A DNA stretch of 63,953 nucleotides, counting the filler, from Barthelona sp. PAP020 (taxonomy: Eukaryota): NCBI GenBank assembly GCA_040182905.1. It is 5 parts of 5 records of this genome, joined end to end, with 100 filler letters (N's around TTAATTAATTAA, not from the genome) between each part and the next. Parts side by side here need not be neighbours in the genome. Positions count along the whole stretch, not along the records: positions 40,844 to 54,296 come from JARQWU010000324.1; positions 54,397 to 63,953 come from JARQWU010000423.1; 3 more parts are not named here. One strand, written 5' to 3'. How positions within the stretch are numbered: the stretch's first letter is position 1; each line of letters starts with the position of its first letter. Under the pieces are notes generated by a model. That model saw only the letters and a list, made by a program, of their open reading frames with translations, had not been told where the DNA came from and did no database searches. The position numbers were made by a program, and so were the translations under genes. Below are positions 51,487 to 62,346 of this stretch, one piece after another.

Positions 51487-54296
51487 TCAAAAATCATTAT
51501 CCGAAAAGAAATCTTCATCTGAAAGACCGGTATCATCATCAGTAGAATTATTATTATTGATGGATAAGTCGATCAATTCAGGACTCAATTGTTCGATTCT
51601 CCATTTTAGATACCACAAAGCAGTATCATAAAATTCTATCAAATTGGAATCATACTTTGAATAATCAGATGCAATTTGGTTTTCTTTGTCATCTAAAATA
51701 TTTCCACAATTGGAGACATCACTGTTCTGTTTATCTGTGTCACCCTTTTTGTAGATGCTGTATTCTTTTATTTTGAAGTTGATAGTCCAATCAAAATCTA
51801 ACAATTTCCCTGATTTTTTTTCATCTTTTATCCGTTTTAGCCAAATTTGTACGTCTCCTAATTTTTTACAACTCAAATCATATATGATTTCGTTTTCTAT
51901 TTTTTCATCAACAATTTCTTCCCAATATTGCCCTAAAGTGGGATAAAACTCTCTTGCATTTTCAGCATCAGATAAAATTTCATTTAATATCATTAATTCT
52001 TTCTCATTTTGGTCAACAATCTTTCGAATTTCTTCCCTCTCAACATCAGATAAAAACTCAAAATTCTCAATAATTATTTCCTCCCTTATCTTGTGGGGAT
52101 CTTGCAAAACCAAATCAACACATTTGGTTTGCCAATATAATGGAAAAACATCATTGATAATCTTTTTGTAATTAACGGTTGTGTTGATAGTGATCAACAA
52201 TTTCAGCAGATTATTTGGACTAATATGTGATCTAAAAACGGGATAAATTGGTAAAAATTTATCAACATCAACTATTTTTTCTTGAAACTTTTGTCTTTTG
52301 ATTTGTTCTTCATTCAATCTGTATAAATTTTCGACATGCTTTTTTTTCTTATCTTCTTCAGTTATGTCTTCTTCCTGTTTGTTTATACCTTCTGTCCAAT
52401 CTCCAACAAATAATTTACGGTAAACTTCCAATTTGTCATTGTAAATTTTATTTCCAATTTGAACATCTTCATTTTTGAAATAATGAACTGATTCTTCAGA
52501 ACCACAACCATTATCAAAAGGAATCAAAACAATTTCAGGCATATTTGAGCTTAATTTGGCTTTTCTAATTTTTTCAATGAATCTTGAAGGAATTTTTGCA
52601 TTATCAAACATATTGTGTTTAAAAGCCAATTTATTAAAAGCAGAATTAAAATAATATGCTATTTCAAACTGTTTTAAAGTGGGATCACGCTCCAATTGGC
52701 AAAAATTTCGATGCTTCTGTTCAGAGTATGTTCTGAAGGATGGAACATTATTCTTTACAATGCAAAACCTCTTAAATCCATTGAATTCTTCAACAGCCTC
52801 ATCAAAGGTATGAAAATTGATATCTTCAAGTCTATTACAATTTCTCAAACTATTAAACACCCATGAAAAGTGGTTACAATGTTTCAAATTTAAAACAATT
52901 TGCATGGCACTGCAAATAGTTATCATGTAAAACTGCACATCATGTTCATTCACCAATTGATGAACTGATTTACCAGAAGCACTTGAAGGAACTGGTTTGC
53001 CCAAATCACTGTTAAAGATCATACTACCATGTTGAATTCCTCTAGTTATATGATATCTTGAAGGATTTGCAATGTTGCCTGCCAAAAAAAAACTCCATAC
53101 AGCACAAAAATGATACGGAAAAGAAAAGTTATTGGGTTGAACACCACCACCAAAAAAAGCGCAATCATATCTGAAACTATGAGCTAAATTAGATACATTA
53201 ATGGCTTTTTGCTGAACTGGTCTATATTTATCAGTTAAATGAATACTTTGTCGATCGATGTACAAAGCATTGAGAGGGTCTTCTAAAATTTCTTGAAAGA
53301 AAGGTGCATTAATCATATTTACCATCACTAACATCCAAAATTCTCCGACTGGATCATTCAAAAGATAATTAATGAATACTTCAGTTTCCTTTCTTCTGAC
53401 AATATCTACATTACCGCTTGGCCATCTAAATGCGGGTAAAGGATTCAATTTATACCATTTTTTAGGATCAGATACTGCCTTCATAAAGTTTTTGTGAGAA
53501 GGAGGAGAACGTAAACGATTAATCTGTTCCCACATGTACTCTCTTTTATTGTTATTTCCACGTTGTTTATTCATATTCATGATATAATATGAATAAGCCA
53601 AAATATAGGAAGTGTTCGTGTTTGATGGAATATCTTGATCGTTGTCTAACAGATTCTTGACAAACATCCAATTTTGATAACCAATTTTGCTCGGATCATC
53701 ATCTCGAATATCAGGACTTTCTCTTTCAAATTTGTGAATCATAAACAAAGGTAAACTTTCAAAATTTACTGTAGTATTCAACAAATACGCATCATTAGCT
53801 TTGAAGTTTGATTCTGGAGGTAAAAAAAGAGGATTTGTCTTAGCAATATCTATGAATAATTCTTCTAATTTCATTTCATAACCAATATGAGCTAAATAGG
53901 TGCAACACTTTTCTTTTGGCTTAAAAACAAAATAATGCTTTTGAAAATCTTCAGGATTCTTCTTACAATTTGCTAAATAGGCTCGATATACGTAAGGACT
54001 CATATGATCGGGAATTTTTTCTTTTTCAACATCATCCAAAAATCTAGGCAATGGGAAAGATTTAACAGAAACATTAAGTTCGCTATCCATAGTTAAGCTT
54101 TCCAAAAGGTCCAATTTTCCACTTTCATAAAGTTCCAAAAGTGCTTCGGATTCTAACAAAGCTGGCCATAAATAGCCAGATATCAAGTGTTTGCTACCCC
54201 AATATCTTAAAGGTAATTCCAAATGTTCAATAGGCAATTCATGAATAAAGAATAAACCTTGCTCTTCTGTGATTTCAACATTACCCTTTCTTCTCA
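51487..54296 (-). CDS. Large hypothetical protein, 5'-truncated by the linker (>930 aa)
   Basis: The frame is open from the linker edge (RRKGNVEITEEQGLFFIHELPIEH...) to TGA. No family recognised. Confidence 0.75.
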
Positions 54297-54396
54297 NNNN
54301 NNNNNNNNNNNNNNNNNNNNNNNNNNNNNNNNNNNNNNNNTTAATTAATTAANNNNNNNNNNNNNNNNNNNNNNNNNNNNNNNNNNNNNNNNNNNN
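54297..54396. other. Artificial contig linker N44-TTAATTAATTAA-N44
   Basis: Same block as the other joins. Confidence 0.97.
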
Positions 54397-55206
54397 AACT
54401 GTCGAACACCACATCCAATGTGTAGCTTCAGCAATTGTCGCAAGGGAAACACCATCATGAGAAAATAAATTAACCTTTCGATCTGAACCTCCTGTTATCA
54501 AATAATTACCATCTTCAAAATATTGAAGAAAACAAGGCAAAAAGTCTAATGCCTTGGTTCTTCCAACACTTTCACCATCTGTGTTGAAAAATGCCAATTT
54601 CTTATCCCAACATCCAACAGCAAAAGTAACTTGATCATTTTCAGGAGAGTTTCTAAAAGCAAGACACCATACTGGGGCAGGTAGTTTGATTTTCAAAGTT
54701 TCTTTTCCTTGTTGATTCATTAAAGTGACATTACCATTTTCATGTCCTATAGCAGCAATTAATCCATTGGGGCTCCAATCACAACACAACGCACGAGATT
54801 CAATAGGTATCTTTGAAACATTGGAAGAAGTAGGTACCCAAAATCCAACATCAGTTTGGGAGCAAGATAATAGCATATGTGTTTTTGGATTATATTTTAA
54901 TGTTTGAACTGGTGAAGGATGTTGATACCTTAATACACCCTCTCCTTCTTTATTCCATATTGTTACGCGATTATCGGCACCACCAGAAGCAAATCTTGTT
55001 CCATCATGACTCCAAGATAATGAATAAACTGTTCCAGCATGAGCATTAATTAATGATATTTGGGAAAAATCTGAGGTACGATGCAAAGCAATCTTGCTTC
55101 CAACAGAATAACAAAAACTCTGACCATTAGGTGAAAAAGCGATTGCATATATTGGTGTTTTTCGCACATTAACCTTATCATGCCACAATAATTGACTTCT
55201 GACCAT
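54397..55206 (-). CDS. IFT122: Intraflagellar transport protein 122, N-terminal WD40 part truncated by the linker
   Basis: DGTRFASGGAD..VTIW...EGVLRYQH...YNPKTHMLLSCS..D.GFW and GGSDRKVNLFSHDGV...WMW match IFT122. Confidence 0.92.
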
Positions 55207-55313
55207 TATTATAAGGGTTAAAAATGAAAATGAAAATGAATTTTTATTTTTTGTTTCATAATTATATGCATTATTACAAATACATTTTAATAAACAAACA
55301 CAAATATATATCT

Positions 55314-56042
55314 TTACATATTAAAGGAAGGTGCTTTGACTGGCGCAGGCCACATTTCTTCTGTTGGTAAAATATCAGTGCTTACGTTGGAATAAAAATT
55401 TAAAAATTCTTCAACATCCATGAAATCTTCACTAATAAGCAATGATCTAACTGTTTCATCATCTGGAACACATTTTTGATTGTTCTCGGCCAATTTTTTC
55501 AAAGTTAACGAAACTTTAGAGGGTCCTACACTTGTCAACACATTCCCTAAATTCAGCATAGTCATAATAATCTCCTCAGCTTCACCTAAACCACCAGCTT
55601 TGGAAGGCACAGTGGGAATTGAGTTCAAAAAATGTGTGTAAAAATCAGGAAAACATAATTCAGGAATGGTATCAGAGGCATATATAACTCTGCATTTCTT
55701 TAAAGGGATTTCTTCTTCATTTAGATCTTTAACCAAAGTTTTAATAATGAGTTCTACTTTATCAGCTACTCCTTCTATAAATAAAATTCCACATTTAGGT
55801 AATAAAAAAGAAATACCACAGATATTTCCTCTGATGGTGAGACTTCTCACATATTTTTTGAATTGATGAGCTAAAGTTTCTTCTGAATCTTCCTCAGATT
55901 CAAATACACAACAAAAATGAAATACTGGATCTTTAAACAGTCCAGATAAATTTGAATCTTTTGAAGATATTTCATCCAATAGACTTCGTAAATCTTCCAA
56001 ATCTTCGGGTTTAGATATGTCAAAATTATCTCCTGGAAACAT
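55314..56042 (-). CDS. TEX47: TEX47/C7orf62-like (BLUF-like fold) axonemal protein
   Basis: RSLLDEI, ICGISFLLP.....FIEG and the C-terminal EEFLNFY.....LPTEEMWPAP motif. Confidence 0.7.
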   Translation of the reverse strand: MFPGDNFDISKPEDLEDLRSLLDEISSKDSNLSGLFKDPVFHFCCVFESEEDSEETLAHQFKKYVRSLTIRGNICGISFLLPKCGILFIEGVADKVELIIKTLVKDLNEEEIPLKKCRVIYASDTIPELCFPDFYTHFLNSIPTVPSKAGGLGEAEEIIMTMLNLGNVLTSVGPSKVSLTLKKLAENNQKCVPDDETVRSLLISEDFMDVEEFLNFYSNVSTDILPTEEMWPAPVKAPSFNM

Positions 56043-56205
56043 TAATACAGTAAAGACCAAGAAAAAGGAAAAAAAAAACTCAAAAGCATTTTTTACAAAC
56101 TGAAACAAAGCAAGACAACAATTCAAATAAAATAATAATAATTTATAATAATAATTTTGCATTCAATAAAACACAACATAAAAAGAAAAAGACAATGAAG
56201 ATACT

Positions 56206-56907
56206 CTAAGCAAAAGGATTTCCAGAAAATTCAAAAGTAGAAGTACCACCATAATAGGTCTGAAGATTATCAGGTGTAATGATTTCTGATAATTCACTGA
56301 TATCTTGAAAGATTACTCTCTTTTTGAAATCAACATGTAGTTTGACCAAAAATAGCTTAAAAATGTTTTTTACAAAGAAACCAGCATTGATGACATTCAT
56401 TGTTTCCAATCTTCCAGGGAAATGATCTTGTAAAGTGTTCAACATCCAATTGATGTAGGAATTGTCAACATTTTTTCTTCCAAAACCTTCCATATCAGAT
56501 AAAAGTCTGACAGAAAATTGTCCATCAGGTATTCTTTTCAATGCTTCAATCAAAATCAAGAAAAACAAATTTTGTCCATCTTCAATAGGCAAAGAATTGT
56601 CATGAAAACGAGGTTTAAAAACTAAAACTGGTCTACCTTCTTTATCAACACCATGGAAAAATAACTTACCAGTGGACAAAGACTGACAATCCTCAAGGGT
56701 TTTCTCAAATGGTTTGTATTCAGAAAACCAATTTAGAGTTGCAATAAAGTTAACTTTAGCTTTTTCTAAATCACCATCTGCATAAACAAGATACCAATAA
56801 GCAGATAAACGATTGGAGTGAGTGATTGGAACATTTTCACAGGATTGAATAAATTCAAATAATAAATCAACATCACTGTCGAGAATATCAATAGGGGTTT
56901 TGGCCAT
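56206..56907 (-). CDS. CRAL-TRIO/Sec14 lipid-binding protein
   Basis: GVDKEGRPV, DMEGFG, LQDHFPGRL...INA and LQTYYGGT. Confidence 0.92.
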   Translation of the reverse strand: MAKTPIDILDSDVDLLFEFIQSCENVPITHSNRLSAYWYLVYADGDLEKAKVNFIATLNWFSEYKPFEKTLEDCQSLSTGKLFFHGVDKEGRPVLVFKPRFHDNSLPIEDGQNLFFLILIEALKRIPDGQFSVRLLSDMEGFGRKNVDNSYINWMLNTLQDHFPGRLETMNVINAGFFVKNIFKLFLVKLHVDFKKRVIFQDISELSEIITPDNLQTYYGGTSTFEFSGNPFA

Positions 56908-57372
56908 GGTTTCAAAACAAAAAAAAAAAAAGATTCTTATTCACTTGTTCTCTTTTCAGTATGTTCAAAAATTTATTGTCAAACCAAAAAATAAGCACAT
57001 TTATTCCCTAATAAAATTCCAAATACAATTAAGATAAAGCATTAAAAGTTTTTTAAAACCACTCAACTAAAAATTCTTTGAAGATTGACTAAAATCAAAA
57101 ATTATCACTGTTTATACAAATAAACAACTATAAATTAAAAATATTGTGATTTATACATTGTTGAATTTCAAAAGAACTACATCCAAAAAACAGATGGTAC
57201 TTTATTCACCTTTCTTCATTGCTTGATTATTCATCAAATAAATTTAAAAAATTAATTTGAAATAAAAAAGTTGCTCATTGGAAATGATTTCAGAGCTTAT
57301 TCAATAAAATTTTTTTTTTTTTTTTTTTTTTGATATTTGCACGTTGTTGAGGTTAGAAGCAATCATGAATAA

Positions 57373-59874
57373 CTAAACATTATTTTCATTGCTCATGTCA
57401 GAATCTGAATAAGAATCGTATTCTTCCGAATCAGACATATCTTGAGAATTAGTTTCATCATCGGGGTCATCTACCGCACCTATCACTTCATCAATTGGTT
57501 GTGAAAACGAAATTTGTCTTTCTTTAATTTGAAAAGTATTGTAACTCTCACTATCACTGGAAGAATCTCTTGTGTTCTCATTTTGAAGCTGAAAGTTTGA
57601 AAGATTGATTTCATCCAATGTTGAGTCGAATTTTTTAATTTTGCTCAATTTGCTAAACAATTTATCATTATTCTGTTGATTATTGTCAACAATTGTTGAT
57701 TTCAATTTTGTAAGATCATAATCACTCAATTGAGTTGAATTCGATTCTTTAACAACAGGCAAATTATCAACTTTCAAATCATTAAACATAATATTCTCAC
57801 CAACTGTTGAATCTAAAAGAGTAATGTTAAAATCGCCCTTTTCTTTATTGTCTTCAATGATGATCTCATCCAAATTACATTTTGGACAATTAAGTCCAAC
57901 GTTTGAGGTATCTTTTGAATTTAATAATAATTCAATTATCCGTTCCAATCTATCAATTCGATCTGACAGATTTTGCTTTTCAATTTTTTCTTTTTCTTTT
58001 TCAACTTTTAAGCATGATAATTCATTGCGGCGCTGATCAATTATTTCTTCAATTCCTTTGGAAAAATTGCATTCAACTTTTAATACAACTGTTTGATATT
58101 TAAACTGAAGACTCTCAACCATGCGTTGCAATTTAAAACATTCGTTGATAATCTCATTCAAACCTTCCTCATTTTCAACATTTGAAATGCTTTTTTTCAA
58201 GAAAGTATACTTTTGTAAAATTTCAATCAAATTTTTAAGATAGTTGTCATAATCCATATGTTTTGCAATATATTCATCAAATTTTTCTATAGAATGATCA
58301 AATATTTTCATCAATAAAAATGAAATTTGCTTACATTTGTTTCTAGCATTATTTAAATCATTAGCAGCACCAGGAAAAATCAAATTGAAATGAGAAATTT
58401 CATCAAAAGTCTTATCAATGATTAAATATTTTATTTTATCTTCTTTTTTTAGATTATTGAATTTTTCGAAAATTTTGAACTGTTCTGAATTTTCTTTTGT
58501 TAGAGTTTGTAATTCACTCAATTTGGTTTCGATATATTCAAACTTTTGAGTATCTGACACATTATTTCCTGAAGAAAACGATGAACCAAAAGACTTTGAA
58601 AGCTCATTTAAATTAAACAACTGGTTTTCAATATTATTCAATCTTTCAAGACTTTTTTCAACATTTTCAATTCGAAGTTCAAAATTTTCAGTTTTTGCTT
58701 CAACAGAAGAAAGTTTTGAATACAAATGTTTTGTATCTAATAAAGGTTCAAAATGATCATTAGAAAGATCTCCATTCTTCGTGTTTTCTTCAATTTTACT
58801 GATTTTTTCCATTAACATAATAATATCTTCTTCTATATGATCCATTTTATCCACAGTGCTCTTATCATCAGAATTTTTGTTCACAAAAGTAATGAACCCT
58901 TGAAATTGTTTCATTGTTTCATTCATATCCAATCTGACACTGTCAACAGATCGTCTAATATCTTGAATTTTCTTTTCAATTTCAAAAGAAGTATCAACAG
59001 TGGAATATTGATCCAACATACCTCTAATACCTTCAAATTCTTTAACATCCTTGCAAACATTGTTGAATTGTTTTGTTAATGAAGAAATATTATCTTTGTT
59101 TGCTTCAATTTCCAGCATAGCTTGTTTAATATGGTTTTCAGTGGATACGATTTGGGAACGAAGTTCAGTTTGATGCGAGACAAAAGTCTCATCAATTATC
59201 TTTGTTAAAGCTTGTGATTGCTTCGGTGTCACTTGTTCTGAATAGGTCTGTAAAGAATCCACAACATATGTTTTTAAATTATTGATGTCTTTGTCAGTTC
59301 TTTCCATTCGGTCTATCAGTTCAAACTTCATTTGATTTAAAGAATCATTTAGTTGTGAATATCTGCCCAAAGATGTTGTATTATTATTACTAATTTGTTC
59401 ATTTAAACAATTGATAAGATTTGAATTGTGTTCACGTAAATCATTTAAATTTTTAGAAAGTTTCTTTTCTGTCACATTCATATTGTCAATAACAAAATTT
59501 TTCAAAGTATTGTTTGCTAAGTTACTGTTGAATAATGTTCTGAAATCAAAAAACTGAATTGATAAATGTGTAATTTCTTTATGAAATTGACTTTGTATGT
59601 CTTGCAATCTATCTCTTAACACTCCTTTCAATTCTTTTTTCATAGTATCAACAGAATTACCAAGATTTTTCAAATTATTTTCAATTTCAAGTGTTTTTGA
59701 ATCCAATTCTGCAACATCTTGTTGATAATAAACATCGTTAAATGATTTTCTAGAAATTTGAGATGAATATTTATTCATTGGTTTCATTGGATTTGGTGAC
59801 ATTTTAAGATTCAACTGATCATTTGTTTGATTCATCAAATATTTTAAATTATTACTCCAAGAAAAATCGCTCAT
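57373..59874 (-). CDS. Long coiled-coil protein (833 aa) with acidic tail
   Basis: Long heptad-rich ORF. Family not identified. Confidence 0.75.
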   Translation of the reverse strand: MSDFSWSNNLKYLMNQTNDQLNLKMSPNPMKPMNKYSSQISRKSFNDVYYQQDVAELDSKTLEIENNLKNLGNSVDTMKKELKGVLRDRLQDIQSQFHKEITHLSIQFFDFRTLFNSNLANNTLKNFVIDNMNVTEKKLSKNLNDLREHNSNLINCLNEQISNNNTTSLGRYSQLNDSLNQMKFELIDRMERTDKDINNLKTYVVDSLQTYSEQVTPKQSQALTKIIDETFVSHQTELRSQIVSTENHIKQAMLEIEANKDNISSLTKQFNNVCKDVKEFEGIRGMLDQYSTVDTSFEIEKKIQDIRRSVDSVRLDMNETMKQFQGFITFVNKNSDDKSTVDKMDHIEEDIIMLMEKISKIEENTKNGDLSNDHFEPLLDTKHLYSKLSSVEAKTENFELRIENVEKSLERLNNIENQLFNLNELSKSFGSSFSSGNNVSDTQKFEYIETKLSELQTLTKENSEQFKIFEKFNNLKKEDKIKYLIIDKTFDEISHFNLIFPGAANDLNNARNKCKQISFLLMKIFDHSIEKFDEYIAKHMDYDNYLKNLIEILQKYTFLKKSISNVENEEGLNEIINECFKLQRMVESLQFKYQTVVLKVECNFSKGIEEIIDQRRNELSCLKVEKEKEKIEKQNLSDRIDRLERIIELLLNSKDTSNVGLNCPKCNLDEIIIEDNKEKGDFNITLLDSTVGENIMFNDLKVDNLPVVKESNSTQLSDYDLTKLKSTIVDNNQQNNDKLFSKLSKIKKFDSTLDEINLSNFQLQNENTRDSSSDSESYNTFQIKERQISFSQPIDEVIGAVDDPDDETNSQDMSDSEEYDSYSDSDMSNENNV

Positions 59875-60160
59875 AATTATTCTTCAATTTTAAGTCAAAC
59901 ACAAAGAAAAAAGAAAAGAAAAATGCCCTTCCTTTTTAAGAACAACCATTAAACTGATTATTTTAATAATAATCATTGGCCTTTTAACAAATTTACATGA
60001 TCTTTAGTGTTCAACCATTCTTTTTGGTTTTTTTTAATTCCTTTATCATTGTATTTTTTTAAAAGCAAACAAATTGCACAAACAATACTAAATATATAAA
60101 TGGGTATTTCATTATATGAGAATCACAAACACAATTTTTTTTTTTTCCAACAAATTTTCA

Positions 60161-60379
60161 ATGTTTATGCGTTTTTGTCAAAAATGTCAACAATATACAT
60201 TAGATGTATGCAAAATATGATTTTCTTCGAAATTCTAACATTTTTAGAAAAAATGTCCACATTGTCAGTCTTTTACAGATTCTGCACACCCTGCAAGATT
60301 CTCCCCTGATGACAAATTTTCAAAAGAAAGAATTGAAATGAAAAGACAACATGGTTTACTTCCTTCTCAACGTAGCTAA
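60161..60379 (+). CDS. NOP10: NOP10 H/ACA RNP subunit; exons 60161-60205 and 60248-60379 (58 aa); absent from the ORF track
   Basis: Spliced [61 protein letters not shown] and [12 protein letters not shown] are Nop10 signatures. Confidence 0.93.
60206..60247 (+). other. 42-nt spliceosomal intron (GTATGC...TCTAACATTTTTAG)
   Basis: GT-AG ends with TCTAAC plus 8 nt and an in-frame TGA. Removal gives an intact Nop10. Confidence 0.9.
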
Positions 60380-60498
60380 ACTTTTGCGGATATTAACAAT
60401 TGATCAACAGAAAAAATAAATTAAATTACAAACTCTTTATTATTTTCTTAATACTAATAATATTTTCATTGTGAAAATTATTCATAATGTAAAAAAAC

Positions 60499-61117
60499 TT
60501 ACAAAATATTGCAGATTCTGGCAAAAAAACCTTGTTCTTCTTGAACTTTAGCTTCATCTTGAGCTTCAGGAATTGTTTCCATCATCTTTCTGGAAAGAGA
60601 AAGGAAAATTTCATCAATATTTTCATTTTGACGGGCAGAAGATAATAATAAAGAGCAGCCAAGTTGAGCAGCTAATTCTTCAGCTTCTTCTTGAGGAACA
60701 CAATGCTTTTCATCAGCTAAATCTGTTTTGTTGCCGACTAAGATCTTTGGGAAATCTTCTTTATCTTGTTCTTGAACAGCATCATCATGAAGATCTTTAA
60801 TTTTTCTGAAAGACTCATAATCATCAACAGCATAAACAAAGATGAAACCATGACCAGAAGACATATATGTCTTACGTAACCAAGAAAATTCATCTTGACC
60901 AGCAGTATCCAAAATATTCAACAACAAGGCATTTCCATCAACATCAATAGATTTTTCATGAGTGTCTTCAATTGTAGGATTGTACTAAACAAGTTAGAAA
61001 AATAATAAACCCATATTAAAATACTTTTGCAATAAACTTGTCATTAACAAACATTTGAGCGATACAGGTCTTACCAACACCACCGGCTCCTAAGAGCATG
61101 ACTTTGTAATCAGACAT
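60499..61117 (-). CDS. Ras-family small GTPase; exons 61117-61025 and 60984-60499
   Basis: GAGGVGKT, effector loop YNPTIED, DTAGQDE, NKTD, SSAR and a CaaX box CNIL. Confidence 0.93.
60985..61024 (-). other. 40-nt spliceosomal intron (GTATTT...TCTAACTTGTTTAG)
   Basis: GT-AG ends. Removal joins FIAK to YNPTIED. Confidence 0.92.
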
Positions 61118-61629
61118 TGATCAAAAAAAGCTTCTTTTCAAAAAAAAAAATAAATTTGAATTTTTATGGATTAGAAAATTCCACCCCATTTTCCCTTCCA
61201 AACCAATACAATTTTACAACAACACAAATTTAAAACAATAAAATTGAAATTTTATGAATATTGAAAAAAAAAAAATACAATCTATTTGATGATTTTCATA
61301 TATTTTTCAAATTCAAATATATCCAAACAGATAACATCTAATCAAAGAGAAATTGAAGGTTAAGAAAAAAAGGTTTAGTTTTTCTTTTCAAAAAAACGAA
61401 ACTTTTTTGTTTTTTTTCATTTTAACAAATTTATCCATTAAAATATATATTTCATGAGTTTAAACTCCATGAAAAAAAGATTGGATACTATTTTTGAAAA
61501 ACATCATTTCAATCTCATTTCAAAAGATGTTTATTGGCAAATTGTTTTTTAACACAATGAAGATAGTTATAAATGTTTTATAAAAAAACAAAAAGGAAAT
61601 GATGTCTAAACATTTTTCCTTTTAACCAA

Positions 61630-62331
61630 ATGTCAAACGATTTTGAAAAAGTATTCAGAGAGGCGAAAGTTTACAATGAAAATGATATTAATTGTTTGTT
61701 TGAACTCATAAATATCAATGAAACGATAATAAAAGAAAGGACTCCTGAAGTCTTTACAAAATATTCCAAAGTTAAATCATCAATTCTTGAAAAATTAATA
61801 CTTCAAAGAAAAATAAAGAATGATTCTATGAATGAATATGCAAATAAAGATGAAATCAAGTCATTTTCCAAAATAGCAAAATTAAACAAAAAAGTAATTA
61901 ACATACGAAATGAATTCAAAGAATTGTTTCCAAAAGTTAATTTTTTTAATGATAGAAATGAATCTTTTGAAACTGAATTTTCTATGTTGGAATCATCAAT
62001 TTCTGAATTGAATCTATTTTGTGAAAGTTTGAAAACCACAATTCAACAAACAATTCAACCTGAAAATCTGCATGAAAAACAAAAAGAAATGTTGTTTATT
62101 TTTGATTCATCACAAAAATCCGAAAGTATTTGTAAAAATTGTGAACGAATGGAAAATATCATACGAAGACTGAGGATTGAAATGTATCAAATGAAAGAAA
62201 CAATGCAAAAAGAACAAAACGAAAATTTAATGATGTTAAATGAAAAATGGAAAAAAAAATGCGATAAATATAGAGCTGATATGAAATTATGGGTGAAACA
62301 ACAATTAAATAAACATAAAAAAAAAAAATAA
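61630..62331 (+). CDS. Hypothetical coiled-coil protein (233 aa)
   Basis: Clean ATG-TAA ORF, with CKNC before a coiled coil and a basic tail. Confidence 0.65.
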   Translation: MSNDFEKVFREAKVYNENDINCLFELININETIIKERTPEVFTKYSKVKSSILEKLILQRKIKNDSMNEYANKDEIKSFSKIAKLNKKVINIRNEFKELFPKVNFFNDRNESFETEFSMLESSISELNLFCESLKTTIQQTIQPENLHEKQKEMLFIFDSSQKSESICKNCERMENIIRRLRIEMYQMKETMQKEQNENLMMLNEKWKKKCDKYRADMKLWVKQQLNKHKKKK

Positions 62332-62346
62332 AATCTGAAAAAAAAC

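Noticed and set aside
13557..54396. Four exact TTAATTAATTAA palindromes as a biological repeat, recombination site or piggyBac target
   Set aside because: Each is centred in exactly 44+44 Ns and truncates the flanking genes. It is an artificial six-frame-stop contig linker.
1483..56042. Ciliary genes (ARL16, LRRC34, IFT122, TEX47) as a functional cluster
   Set aside because: They lie on different contigs and are interspersed with unrelated genes. They only show that the organism is flagellated.
60100..60309. 69-aa ORF from the track
   Set aside because: It is a different-frame shadow of the spliced NOP10 gene.
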